A DNA stretch of 64,000 bases from Salisapilia sapeloensis CBS 127946 (taxonomy: Eukaryota; Protista; Oomycota): NCBI GenBank assembly GCA_023334545.1, contig JAADVB010000015.1:1-64000 (forward strand), written 5' to 3'. Below are positions 46,258-58,267 of the stretch, in pieces. Within the stretch, counting starts at the first letter, position 1; each line of letters opens with the position of its first letter. Under the pieces are notes generated by a model that was not told the DNA's origin, made no database searches, and saw only the letters and a program-made list of their open reading frames with translations. Made by a program: the position numbers and the translations under genes.

Positions 46258-47799
46258 ATGCTGGCAAGACGATGCCAGTCACTATTCCGGTCTATGCAAG
46301 CTTTACAGCAGCCTGCTAGGCACAATGTAGTTTCGAATAGAGCTTATGCATCAGCTGCAGGGTACCAGTGTATGAAATGTGGTCAAAATTATGCAAAATG
46401 GCAAGGTCAGTGCTCCTCGTGCTCTGCGTGGGGAGCAGTCGGACCTATCCAGCAGTCCGCGAGAGGAAAGGTAGCTTGGGGCCAACGAAACGGCACGAAT
46501 AACGGTCTTTCGAATTTGCCGGCGACTACGATCTCTCGGATGACCGACATTGAGCTCGAAGGAGACGTCATCCAGCGCATCGTCCTGCAGGATCGTGAGC
46601 TGAACTGGGTCTTTGGTGGTGGAGTAGTGCCTGGCTCTCTGACACTCATTGCCGGAAACCCTGGGGTTGGCAAGTCGACGCTAGGACTGCAGGTTGCCAA
46701 TATGCTGTCCAGTACGAAAGACGTGCTGTACGTCTCGGGCGAAGAGAGCGTCTCCCAATTGAAGCTCCGGGCAGAACGCTTAGATGCTACTAGTCCCAAC
46801 TTGTGTGTAGCTAGTGAAACGAACATTGATGCAATCTTACAAGCAGCAGAGTCTACATCCGAAAACGGACTGCGTTTCCAAGCCCTCGTCGTGGATTCCA
46901 TCCAAACAATTTATGCCGAAGACATGCCATCTGCAGCAGGTGCAGTCAACCAGGTGAAGGAGTGCACTCTACGACTACTCCGACTGGCCAAGAGTCACCA
47001 GCTCCCAGTTTTCATCGTCGGCCACGTCACCAAGTCCGGAGATATTGCCGGTCCAAAGGTGCTCGAGCATATCGTCGATACTGTCGTTCAGCTAGACGGC
47101 GATTCACAGTCCTCTCGACGGTTCCTACGCTGCCAAAAGAACCGTTTCGGTCCGACGAGCGAAGTGGGTGTCTTCTCCATGACAGACTCTGGCCTCCATT
47201 CGCTGTCCAATCCTCTCCATGCATTCCTTCCTAGTCAATCTTCAGACGCAGGCGGAGGAGCAGTAGACGGATCCTCCTACACGATCACGATGGAAGGGAC
47301 TCGGCCGATTCCACTAGAGATCCAGGCACTTGCGAATCGATCCGTCGTATCGGATGGACGTCCGCAGGTGAGAGGCGTGGGCGTGTCCTTTGATAAACTA
47401 CTACTACTCTTTGCTGTGCTTGAGAAGAGAGCACGCATATCTTGCTATCGACACAGCGTCTTTGTGAATGTAGCAGAAGGGTACTCGGTTCAAGAGCCAG
47501 CAGCCGACTTGGCCATGGCAACTGCGTTGGCGAGCTCTGTCATGGAGCGACCGGTGCTGCCTGGAACAATGCTCATTGGCGAAATCGCCTTATCAGGACA
47601 TGTGCGACCGGTGAAAGCTTTGGACTCTAGATTGGCGGCTGCCCACAAGATCGGGATGGAACGATGTATCGTGCCTCGAGTGCACGATGCAGAGTCAAAG
47701 CAGATGTTGGATAAGTACAAAGGTCAGATGCAGGTGGATCAAGTGTCGACGTTGCTCGATGCACTTCAAATCGCACTACCGCCATCGAGTCGGAAATAG
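46258..47799 (+). CDS. radA: RadA/Sms DNA repair/branch-migration protein with a predicted mitochondrial presequence
   Basis: Zn finger CMKCGQNYAKWQGQCSSC, Walker A GNPGVGKST, YVSGEES, VDSIQT, LEHIVDTV, KNRFG, and a Lon-like C-domain (GEIALSGHVRPV). The N-terminus is R/S/L-rich with no acidic residues. Confidence 0.95.
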   Translation: MLARRCQSLFRSMQALQQPARHNVVSNRAYASAAGYQCMKCGQNYAKWQGQCSSCSAWGAVGPIQQSARGKVAWGQRNGTNNGLSNLPATTISRMTDIELEGDVIQRIVLQDRELNWVFGGGVVPGSLTLIAGNPGVGKSTLGLQVANMLSSTKDVLYVSGEESVSQLKLRAERLDATSPNLCVASETNIDAILQAAESTSENGLRFQALVVDSIQTIYAEDMPSAAGAVNQVKECTLRLLRLAKSHQLPVFIVGHVTKSGDIAGPKVLEHIVDTVVQLDGDSQSSRRFLRCQKNRFGPTSEVGVFSMTDSGLHSLSNPLHAFLPSQSSDAGGGAVDGSSYTITMEGTRPIPLEIQALANRSVVSDGRPQVRGVGVSFDKLLLLFAVLEKRARISCYRHSVFVNVAEGYSVQEPAADLAMATALASSVMERPVLPGTMLIGEIALSGHVRPVKALDSRLAAAHKIGMERCIVPRVHDAESKQMLDKYKGQMQVDQVSTLLDALQIALPPSSRK

Positions 47800-47858
47800 A
47801 ATCAAAGTCTTCTCGAAAAGTATTTTTGCAAAGGTACATGTACGTTCGATTACAGTGC

Positions 47859-48446
47859 TTATCTTTTCCGACGAGAGGATCCATTGTTACCCATAAGAGC
47901 ATCCAACGGCAAACTTAGCTGATCGCCAATGTCCATTTTCGACGTCTTCGCTATTTGGTTTGATGACAAGCGTCCGGTTTTCTTCTTTGGTGTAGACTTG
48001 GAGGAGACTTTTGGTCCGAGGACTCGACCTCGCATCACTACCTTTCCATTCTTTGGACGAGTGGGTTGCGATTTCTTGGAAGAATGTCTTTGAGTGTCAG
48101 AGGGCTCATTCACATGGACTGTCGGCGTTGTAGATTTCTTCGTACTGGAGGTGACTGTAGCATAGCACAAGGCATACAACATTCAGCACGTATTGGGCAA
48201 TAGTCGGAGCAAATTATGCGTAAGAATGCAGGAATGGGCATTACGGATCTTTTGGACGCGCTCCAGTTGCTCGGGCGTAAGCTCTTCTCCGCGACGAAGC
48301 TTGCGCTCGTAAAACTTGCGTACAGCCTCTTCCTTGTTGGACGAAATTTTCCCACCATGCCACGGAATGCGCACACGTTGCACTGGAGGAGGAGAAGCCT
48401 TTGGTGCGCTCTCCTTTACATGCGCCAACGCGACAACTCTGGTCAT
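47859..48446 (-). CDS. Small basic protein (~165 aa, 2 exons) with a C-terminal LSLPLDAL motif
   Basis: ORF 48183-48446 splices (gtaatg...ctacag) in frame into ORF 47859-48182. K/R/S-rich. No family firmly recognised. Confidence 0.65.
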
Positions 48447-48561
48447 TCTGTATCAGAGGAAGGAAGCGACAGTAGCTGATCTACTCGGATGTCGAGCTGC
48501 TGAGTCGTGTTGGAGTCAGATCAGTTGTTAAGGAAGGATTGGATATAAATATATGAATTAT

Positions 48562-48595
48562 AGCCAATCATAAATATGATTTATTTGGCGGGAAA
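48562..48595. promoter_or_regulatory. CCAAT box (AGCCAATCA, 48562-48570) plus E2F-type site (TTTGGCGGGAAA, 48584-48595) in a divergent promoter
   Basis: Both match the canonical NF-Y and E2F (TTTCCCGCCAAA) consensus. They lie in the 175-nt gap before the MUTYH ATG. Confidence 0.5.
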
Positions 48596-48621
48596 TTAGC
48601 ACAAATATCTCACCACTAGCG

Positions 48622-50568
48622 ATGAAAGTGGAAAATGGAGCTGATGAGCCAGAGATTGAGAACTTGGTGGTACCTACAGACACTTTAAGCGACCACAAGT
48701 TAAAGGATGAGGGCATATATGCCCAGCATGATGAAAATGTTCATGCGTTTACGGCAGAAGAGTGCGATGAGCTACGTACAGACATCTTGGAATGGTATGA
48801 CACACACCGCCGGAAACTACCGTGGCGAGGTGACCCGCCTCCATATGTATCTACAGCAAACCACACGTCTCTAGCAAGTAGTCGCAAAGGAGGTGGGATG
48901 GATGCTTTTATCAAAACATCGCCTAGTAAAGCTTCAGACGCTTCTAAGACAAGTGGCATCGTTCAGTCCGAACCGCGAAAAGTTTCGCCTTATGAAACGT
49001 GGGTGTCAGAAATTATGCTACAGCAAACTAGAGTAGATACAGTTGTCGAATACTTTCTCAAATGGATTGATCGATTTCCAAATGTCCAAGCTTTGGCAGA
49101 AGGGTCCGAAGAGGTAGCAGCTCTTAGATATGAAAACATCATATCCATCTAATATTGCGATGTGTAGGAAGTAAACTCTCTGTGGGCTGGTCTCGGATAC
49201 TATCGCCGTGCTAGGATGCTGCATGCTGGTGCCAAGTACGTACAAGAGAACATGAATGGGGAGCTTCCTTCGCGTCCGGAAGAGCTGAAGAAGATACCAG
49301 GCATCGGTCCTTATACTGCAGGTGCAATTGCGTCGATTGCATTCGGCGAACGAGTACCGCTCGTCGACGGCAATGTCATCAGAGTACTGGCAAGACTTCG
49401 GACTGTGGGTGCAGATCCGAAAAACAAACGTCTTGTCGATTATTCTTGGTATGAGCAAATAGTATTTGAGATTGTACCTACGGTTCAGAGGTATTTATCG
49501 TTGCTACCAGGTCGACTGCTGAAGGGATCGCGAAAGACTGCAGCAGGCCTGGCAGCTTAAACCAAGCACTTATGGAGCTTGGAGCTACCGTCTGCACCAC
49601 GCAGGTATCTTTCTAAAGAACCATGCTCAGAATGATCCACATGGTTAAACATACCTTATAAACAGAATCCCCAGTGCCAGCAGTGTCCGGTGAAAAGTGT
49701 ATGTCTAGCTTATCAAACGACACAAGAGCCAAAAGCCTGGGAGAATCATGAGCGTAAACTCCATGAGCAGAAAGACTGTTTAATATGTGATGAAACGCGA
49801 AAGGAAGAATGGGCCAACGCCATTAAAGATGTAGTGTTTCGAACTAGAGCTCTAATCGACCTGCATACTCACGTGAATTTGGATTCTAGGTGACAAAATA
49901 CCCGCTCAAGGCTCAAAAGACAAAGCAGAGGGATGAAGCACTCGCTGTAGCTGTCATATCGTGTCCTGCAGACGCGGAACAGGAGCCACCAAAGAAGCAA
50001 AATTGGAAGTATCTCATGGTACGGCGTCCAGAAGGTGGACTCTTGTCTGGCCAGTGGGAGTTCGTCCACATCAAAGTAACTTGTACCTATGTTCGTAAGC
50101 ATCCAGCAGAGTCTCACCTTTGGCTTTTAGATGGCAGATAGTGAGAAAATTCCATCCTATGCGGAACGGAAAAAAGGTATTGACAAGCATTTGAAGTCAT
50201 TGATTGACACAAGCGACGAGAAAGCTTGCTCGATTGTCGAGTCAGCTGAGCGACGAGACTTGGGTGACCTCACCCACATCTTTTCCCACATTAAACATCA
50301 CATGGGCATGGAGCACTTGCACTTCGATGCAATGCCAGTAATAAAGAAAAAGACATCGGTCGAAACTTGCTGGATGGACAGACAGGAAATGCAGGAGAGG
50401 GGTATCACTACCGGCGTCAAGAAGATTTTAAAGGTAGCAACAGATGCCAAGCCCACGACGATAAAGAAGAAAGCAGCAGCATCGACGGCGTCCAAGAGAA
50501 AGCAGGATGAAACAACATCGAAACCGACCAAGAAGACGCGCAAGTTAACGGACTTTTTTACTCCCTAA
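48622..50568 (+). CDS. MUTYH: A/G-specific adenine DNA glycosylase (multi-exon)
   Basis: EWYDTHRRKLPWR, WVSEIMLQQTRV, GLGYYRRA, HhH motif IPGIGPYTAGAI, VDGNVIRV, Fe-S loop CTTQNPQCQQCPVKSVC, NUDIX-like GLLSGQWEF and terminal PIP-like TRKLTDFF. Confidence 0.95.
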
Positions 50569-50599
50569 CAAATATGTCGATTGTCATTCTCGCTGTGGT

Positions 50600-53032
50600 C
50601 TACAATGTCTGCAGTTGTTCTGTAGCACGCTCTAGAACCGCCAGACACGAGTGGGCTACGTCTGAAGAGTAGTTAGATTGAACTGCCGTTTCCAAATGTA
50701 CTATCGCCTCCATCAGTTTTTTCTAGCATCATACACGTCAGTCGTTCATCAGTTGGGAAAATATCCGGTGTATATGGTACTTGCACAGGCTTGAATAAGA
50801 TAGCTTCTGCAGCAGAGTTGCGGAGGTACTGGTGCAACGTCTCTTGTAGAGTCTTGGCTTCGCAATCATCCAATCGCTTACTGAGTTTTAGCACAGACTC
50901 TTCCACCTGTTGTAGCACTTTCGTGTCTCCATTCTGACTTTCAATTGCTTTGACATTGACACTGAGCACCTCTGGACCTAGCTTGCCGGCTGCAAGCTGG
51001 ACGAAGCGGTTGCAACTGCGTTTGAGCTGCACTTCGACATTCTTAGATGGGTCTGAAGCAGAGCCTGTGGATCCGCTTGAAGAATCGTCACTAGGAGGAA
51101 AGAAGAAACGAACTAGGAATGCAGAGATACTGTCTGGAGCAGACAAATCTTCATGCTCATTGGTCACAATGAGTTGACTGGAGTTTGAGGACACTTGCAA
51201 ATGGAACGGTGCGAGCTGCTCACGAAGCGTCAGTTGGTGGAAGAGCAAGAAGAGACAGCCGTGCATCGGCCCTTGCCTGCTTTCGATTTCTCGAGCAGCA
51301 TAATCAAGTGACTCACAGCACACACGAATGCCTTCCTGCGCCAACTCTTCAAACACCTCTCTCGGGAGGAAATGGTAGACATGGGAGAGGGTGAACAGTG
51401 TCTTCTCTAGTGTCGGATACCACGTCGCATAGGCATCATCAGTCGAGAGCTTCACAGGGTAGTTCAAATCCTCTCCTGTCGGAGTAAAGTACTCGACTTC
51501 GTGCTCAAAAGATCGTTGGGTGTTCCAAATAAGCTTTTCAATCGTGTCCTGCTGCAGTCGATTCAGCACCGGACCAACCGTTCGTTCGTTATGACGGTCG
51601 CCTCCCATGAGCTCTGTCTGCAGTACTTGCAAGAGCTCACACAAGACGACAACATCCCGCTCCTTCAGCACTAACGGTCGAGCAACGTGGTAAAAGACAT
51701 AGCTGAGTTGCATGGCCAAGCGATCAAACGCAAGTTCCTGACTACTGTCGTCCTCATCCGACTCGGGTTCATTCGCATCAGCATCTGTCACTAGAATGCG
51801 GAAGCCTTCGTCCATCGGGTGCTTGTCAAAGAGGCTTTCAAATAGGCGGAACTCAGCTTCACACACGGCAATCAGATGTGCTCCACCGACACGAACCTAT
51901 GCAAGTCCAAGTTAGAAGGCAGTTGACACAACTTTTACGGTAACAAGTACGAGGTTAACGACGTCAGAGGTATCTGCGATGCTGCCAAAGTAGCCATTCA
52001 GTGGGTCGTACAAGAGCGCAGCCCGCTGATCTGCATACGCCCTGCCGACCTGCGAAAGTACTTTGAGTCCATGATAACTGTCGCTTGGATGCTGTCTCTG
52101 GAGTCGATTCAGCTGCTTGCTCACTGCTTTGAGTGCTGGAGATGCTAGTTGGAAATGAACATAGTATGGAGTGGTTTCATCCATCGGCTGCGTATGCTGC
52201 ACGTCAGAAGGAATGCGGTCTCGGACGTTGTCTTTGGCAGCGTCTAATGCACTGATGGCGTAGTCTTTTAATGTGTGGAGAGCACCTGCTGCAAGAGCGT
52301 GATAGGCTTGGATATAGCTTGCTGTGTCTTTAAGATGAAGCTATCTCACATGAATGCATTAGCATGGGTCTGCAGGTAGAAAATAAGTTCACATACCTTT
52401 TCATGCAATCTATCGATGCAATCGTCGATCTTTCGCAGTGCCTTTTCAAAGTCCTTGGTAGTTGGATCGACACTGCGTTGGTGCTGGAACACCTCCACTG
52501 GCTTTTTATCTTTGTTCTGATTACCACTTTCTTCGAGCTTGACAGCGAATCCTAGGATCGGCGCGACACTTTCAATAGCAGTGAACAACGGAAGTGGCTC
52601 TTCAATGACCTCCATCTGTCTTTCTAGCTGCTGGACTTCATTTAATATGCTTTCCAAACCGTCGTACAGTGCTCTAGTTCGCGTCACGACATGGGTGTGG
52701 CTTTCCTCCATCTCGTCCACAAGCTTTTGTGATTCCCGAGCTAGTTTGTACACACTTTCCCATTCTTCATAAGATTTATCAATGCGAATAGAAAAGTCTC
52801 GTAAGGATGCATGTGCATTGTAAGTGTCTTGATCCTCCTCCTTCGGTACATGTCGATAGCTCGATAGATACTGCTGTCGACTCGGACTCTTCTTATCATA
52901 CTCGGTGGTGCTTAGAGCCCCAGATGTTGCAGACTGGAGATGCAACTCGACACTCCGCTCCAAGGAATGCAACAAGGACTGTTGAGAGCGACTAAGTGGT
53001 ACGTCCTTGACTCGAAAGGAGAGCGTCTCCAT
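50600..53032 (-). CDS. COG3: Conserved oligomeric Golgi complex subunit 3 (Sec34), multi-exon
   Basis: WYPTLEKTLFTLSHVY...FEELAQE...GCLFLLFHQLTLREQLAPF matches the COG3 pattern, and there is an N-terminal Sec34-like coiled coil. Spliced stop at 50600-50602. Confidence 0.85.
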
Positions 53033-53077
53033 TTTCACAATTCGATAGAGATTTTTGGTGTCATAGCTGGTACATCC

Positions 53078-54173
53078 ATGGTACAATGGTCGGAACATCA
53101 AGTTACAGAACGATCGAGTGCCACGAAGGCGGTTGCACGGGTAGTGGATGCGAGTGGAATGGAAGCTCTAGACATTGCACCACCGACAGTAACTTCACTG
53201 GCGAAATCTGAAAAGGATGCTGCAGAGCAAGCTCACGAAAGCAATCGCGTCGTATACTTTCGAGCGCTTAACACGACTGACATTGATCAATTGCGAGAAT
53301 TGCATGAAGACTGGTTTCCTATTCGCTACAATCAAGTTCGTTTGGGTATACGATATACGAGTAGCATGTGGCTGATGGAGGATGCTTGTAGGAATTCTAC
53401 AATGGTGCATCCCAAGGTAGGTGGAATGAAACAGGAGGCCCGCTCTTCTCGCGCTTAGCCATCGAGATACAACAGTCATCGGTGTACGACTCACTTCCCG
53501 ATCCAGTTGCTGAAAAAAGCCACGAGGAAATTCTTGGAGCAGTGACTGCTAGCACAATTCCTATATCAAGTATCGATGACGGACAATTGTTCGATGCTGG
53601 CATGACGGCATCAAACGGGGAACCACACACGCAGATCATGTACATATTAACTCTCGGCTCGAAAAGAAGTGTACGAAGGAAAGGCATTGCCTCAGCTTTG
53701 CTGAGAGAGTGCATCTACCAAGCCGAGCGAACGCCTTCCTGTGGAGCAGTCTATCTTCACGTCAAGGCTGACAACGTCAGTGCTCTTCGTTTCTACGAGA
53801 AAAATGGCTTCCAGAACTTGCGTTTTCTTCAAGGTATGTTTACGATATGAAGCGTATGCGTGCCAGTCTCAGTACCTTTTGTTGGTGCAGACTATTATTT
53901 GATCAACGAAAAGCGACACGGTGCCTACCTGTACATATACTACGTAAACGGCGCCGGACCCCCCATCGGCTGGACTGCTTATTTGACCCAGTAGGTTCTA
54001 TATGTTGGACATGGCTTGTGTATATCACTGATGTGCGCGATAGACCTTTTAAGGCTCTATACTCGTTTGCTTCCAACGGACTGCGTAAACTTTTGGAAAG
54101 TTTAGCTGAAGACGATGCTGATGAGAACAGTCGAATACAGGAACAGAACAGCAAAGTAGCAGATTGCGTCTGA
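53078..54173 (+). CDS. NAA60: GNAT N-terminal acetyltransferase, NAA60/NatF-like (4 exons)
   Basis: LRELHEDWFPIRY, YILTLG...RRKGIAS, YLHVKADN, FYEKNGF, DYYLINEKRHGAYLYIYYVNG and a C-terminal amphipathic helix. The start may be 53078 or 53159. Confidence 0.8.
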
Positions 54174-54655
54174 CATTGAGATGGGCGACATTCGAAAGCG
54201 ATGCAAACGTAGGATTAATGGTTTTGACCTCGCGATGGCCATGCACTAATAATGACTGTCACGTGTAAAGTTTATTCCACTTGCAATATTTGCAAAAGAA
54301 CAGTCTATGTGCTTTCTGTAGCTGCCGCTGTATACATTATCAACGTAATCTCGTCTTGTAGATAGAAAGTAGACCATTTCCTGTCTATTCATAGCTGTCG
54401 GATCATTGAACTACCAAAAATGGAAAATATGATCTCGTCTACCACCACCACAATCACCACAATGTACTACTATGCAGTAGTGTACTTACGATCACGCTCA
54501 TAAGGCTGCAGCAGGATGAGAAAGATGCCACTGTTATGACGATGCAAAGCATCCAGCTTCAACGTAAAAGTGGCACGAAGGTCGCTCCGGAATCTGAACA
54601 TGTCGCGCCAATATCTGATTATCTCGTCAGCGTTTCAATCACTTCGCAACCAAGC

Positions 54656-56149
54656 ATGAGCTCTACCAAGGACGAGTCGTCTCCTCTCCTGAGCGACTAC
54701 AGTGCACCCACTGGCAATTCAAACCACAAGGAGAATGGTGACCTAGATGCAGAGGCCTTGGCAGCTCAATATGGTATCAAAACCTACGGTCCAGCAGTAT
54801 CCTTGGCGATGACGATCAATTATGTTATTGGCACGGGTTGCTTCGGCCTGCCGTATGCCTTTAGTGCTGGAGGTATCTTGATGGCACTAGCACTACTTGT
54901 GTCAGGTATTGGTGGAAGCATCATCACGATGAACTACACGCTCGAATCACTCGCCAGAGCCAATGGCGTCAGTTCCTCCCCTCCCGACACCTCCCTACCA
55001 CCGACGCACCGACTGTCGTATCGAAAGCTCGACTTTGCAGCAGTCGGTCATATCTTTGGGGGAAAGAAAGGAATGGTTATCGTTCAGACAGTCGTTGCCA
55101 TGTACGGCATGGGATCTCTCTGGTCCTACGCATCCATCTTTGCCTCCTCGATGGCGTCCTTAGTCTATCGATACGCCATCTCGGACGACTTTAACGGATG
55201 TGACGCCTACGCAGAACACCCTATATCTGCATGCATGACCATCTACTATATCTCTATGGTTATCTTCTCTGTCATCGTGATCTCAATGGTGCTCTTTAAC
55301 GTCAGCGAGCAAGCATCTATCCAAAAGTTCCTCTCCGTCTACCGTATCGTCGCGCTCATTCTCATGCTTGCCACCATGGCTACGAAGATCTCTGTCGACG
55401 GCATTGATGTTCTCGCCAGTCGATATAACGCAGTGGGGAGTGCCAACTGGTCCAACTTTGGTCGCAGTTTTGGCCCGACGCTCCTTGCTCTCAACTGCCA
55501 CTTCAACATGCCAGACGCGCTGCAGCCTTTAAAGCCCAAGAGTGCTGCCAAGGGAGTGGCACTCGGAGCCATGTGCGTTGCCGGTGGCTTCTACGTCTGC
55601 ATCGGACTGCTCGGAGCTCTGGCATTCGATCATGTGAACCCACTGGCGTCGCTCATGTGGAGCTCCTTCACTGGATGTGGCAACGGATGGGAGGCATGTG
55701 AAGAGACTAACCTGCTAGGCGTCATAGTTCAAATCATTGTGCTTCTCTTCCCAGTTGTTAATGTCACGTCCACGTATCCGATGCTGGGCGTTACGATCGG
55801 AGACAACATGATCATGTCGATCCCTCCCTCTATGCGAGAGACACTCGGTCCAGTCATTACGAGGAGCATTTGCCGACTGTGCATTGCAGTGCCTCCTCTA
55901 CTCCTCGCAACGTTCTTCAAAAAGTTGGATCTCATCTTTGCTATCGCCGGCATGTTCGGCTTCTTCCTGGCGCTGGTCATCCCGTGTTGGTTCCAAGTCA
56001 TCAGTAGTCGTTACTGCGAACGCGTGTATGGATCCATTTCTGCAGCGGTGACCCCTTACTCGGCCCCCATTATCAGTAACGTCGGCTTTGCACGTACGTT
56101 CTTAATCCTGACATTTGGTATCACGGCTGTTGCAGTTGCAACGATCTAG
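54656..56149 (+). CDS. Amino-acid transporter family protein (TMEM104-like)
   Basis: About 11 hydrophobic segments and the motif INYVIGTGCFGLPYAF. An Inr-like TCACTT before the ATG at 54656 favours this start. Confidence 0.85.
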   Translation: MSSTKDESSPLLSDYSAPTGNSNHKENGDLDAEALAAQYGIKTYGPAVSLAMTINYVIGTGCFGLPYAFSAGGILMALALLVSGIGGSIITMNYTLESLARANGVSSSPPDTSLPPTHRLSYRKLDFAAVGHIFGGKKGMVIVQTVVAMYGMGSLWSYASIFASSMASLVYRYAISDDFNGCDAYAEHPISACMTIYYISMVIFSVIVISMVLFNVSEQASIQKFLSVYRIVALILMLATMATKISVDGIDVLASRYNAVGSANWSNFGRSFGPTLLALNCHFNMPDALQPLKPKSAAKGVALGAMCVAGGFYVCIGLLGALAFDHVNPLASLMWSSFTGCGNGWEACEETNLLGVIVQIIVLLFPVVNVTSTYPMLGVTIGDNMIMSIPPSMRETLGPVITRSICRLCIAVPPLLLATFFKKLDLIFAIAGMFGFFLALVIPCWFQVISSRYCERVYGSISAAVTPYSAPIISNVGFARTFLILTFGITAVAVATI

Positions 56150-56251
56150 GTAAGGAAGAGGGTGATGATTTGGATGTAACAACGCTAGCGGACGAACTGC
56201 TAGGCGTAAATATAGGACCCTCGTTTTTCTTTTAGCCTAAGTCGCGTTGGA

Positions 56252-56916
56252 TTAATGGCCTTTGCGCAGCCGGTTTTCCGAAATGACACGCAGCGAGTCT
56301 CGAGCTCGATCCATCCATTGCTCTGTGTATTGGCATTAATAAATGGTGAGTGCAAGTGATCAAACAGTGGCGTACGAGCTTCCTCTTCTGCCTGACGCAG
56401 TGTCTGACCTTCTTCCTCGCTTTGTATCTGGAGCTGTCGAACAATGTCCATTTGCTCGCTAGTGTTGTCATCGTTATAATGCTATATATGCCAAAGAAAA
56501 TAAAGAAATGTACCTTTCGGATCGGTTGAGACCAGGGAGATCTTCTATGAGTTTATCAGTCTCTTTGACAGCGCGAAGGACGTCATTTGCTAGTTCTTTT
56601 ATCTGTCGAATGCACAGGTTACATAGCTGTCGAATTGTTCTTGTAAGCAATCTTGACATACCGCCTTTTCCTTTTCTTCTGGTGTCGACTTTTCGTCTAT
56701 GGAGGCTGGTAGGAGCCGCAGTGCATTGAACATACCGAGAGCCGTCTTATCGACGCTCTCTTGGAGCATCGAGACTTTGTCCATTGGGATGGTAGCACCT
56801 TTGGATTCTGTAGTGGTATTGCTATCATCCTTTTGGTCTATGGTAGCTGGGTTCTCACTTTCCTGAGCAGGCTGGGTCTTCTCCACGCCCTCTCCATCCA
56901 CTTCCATCTTCTCCAT
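56252..56916 (-). CDS. MED21: Mediator subunit 21 with an acidic N-terminal extension (4 exons)
   Basis: MDKVSMLQESVDKTALGMFNALRLL and IKELANDVLRAVKETDKLIEDLPG match the Med21 pattern. The last exon ends ...LRKGH* at 56252. Confidence 0.8.
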
Positions 56917-57047
56917 TAAGCCCACTCGACTCGTGTTTAATTAGTGTGTTGATCTATCACTTGATTCGTAGAAAGTGCTTTGAGCACCTTTATAATTGGA
57001 CAAAATACGGCGAACACATTAGGAAAAACACAAAGTAAGATTTTAGC

Positions 57048-58047
57048 ATGTCGAGCAGGTTTGGCGGTCGAGTACTCGCTGGAGAAGACAGTGAAGAAGA
57101 CGATGACGAAAATGAAGGTTTGTACTAGTCTTCGGGCCCTTTATTGACTTGCATGCCTTTTATATATTTCTCAAATGGCTTTAAAACTCTATTTTGTGAC
57201 GATAGAGATGACGTTCGGAGTGGGCGGATATGGAAATTCCTCTCTGTCAGCATCATCAAGCTCCCAGCCAAAATTTAGTGCTCCTGTCATGACAGAGCAG
57301 GGTAATGAAGGGGATGAGAGTGAAAGCGAAGAAGAAAAAGAGGAAAGCAGCGTAGCGTCCGACAGTCACGTGGAAACCAAGGTCGAAGCAGAATCAAGTG
57401 ATGTCAATCCCACCAGTCCTAGGAAAAATGTGGAGCCTTCAGAAACGAATCATTTAAAGCCTAAGAGAGCATCCGCTGCCTCAGAGGAATGGCCAATTGA
57501 TGGAGACGATGTGAGTATGGAGTCTATTAGTGCCGCTCTTGTCCAGCGACTTCGTCCTACGTTAGACGCGTCCATCCATCGCATCGCGGAGCTCACCGAG
57601 AGCCAAAAAGTATATTTCTATACTATACAAATAGAGAATATTTGTACTCATAAATCTCCATAGCAACTGCACAAGCAATTGGAGGCTCAGAATAAACTGG
57701 TGCAAGGGGACGAGGACTTGTCCAGAGTGATAGCAGTCATGAATAGACTACCACACTACTTGAGAAAGGCACAGTACTTGAAGACCGCCATGACCGAGAC
57801 AGCGACCAGCGTGGACAGGATGAAGCGGCGTGCTGAAAGCCTCCGAATCGACGCCCAATCCCGTACGCTTCCCTCTGTCTACTAGTTACATAATGAGACT
57901 GATTCGTGGCTGAATGTGATAGACGCGATCAACAAGGAAGATGCCAAAGTGTCCCAGTCTCAGTGGACCAAGCTGGCAGCAAAGAGGGCGACGGACGTCC
58001 CACCCATGTCGCCCGTGGACACGGAGGAGAAGCAGGAGCAAGCCTAG
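57048..58047 (+). CDS. BLOC1S6: BLOC-1 subunit, pallidin-like (Snapin/Pallidin family), 4 exons
   Basis: Spliced ISAALVQRLRPTLDASIHRIAELTESQK...LPHYLRKAQYLKTAM...MKRRAESL resembles pallidin. Acidic, Ser-rich N-terminus. Confidence 0.65.
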
Positions 58048-58267
58048 GCGTGTCAAGTCGTTCATTTATTTATAAGCGAATTGACATCAGATCGACGCGA
58101 GGTCGTGTCGTGCAACAAGGATTGCTCGGAACAGACGAATAGATAACGGCACGATCTGCTTTGGTTAACGTAGAACTTGTTTCTCTTTAGTGGTAGATCC
58201 TAGACTTGTGTAGCATCACGTGGAAACGTCTGCTGACAGGACATGAAGCGTGGAGAGCACAGGAAGT

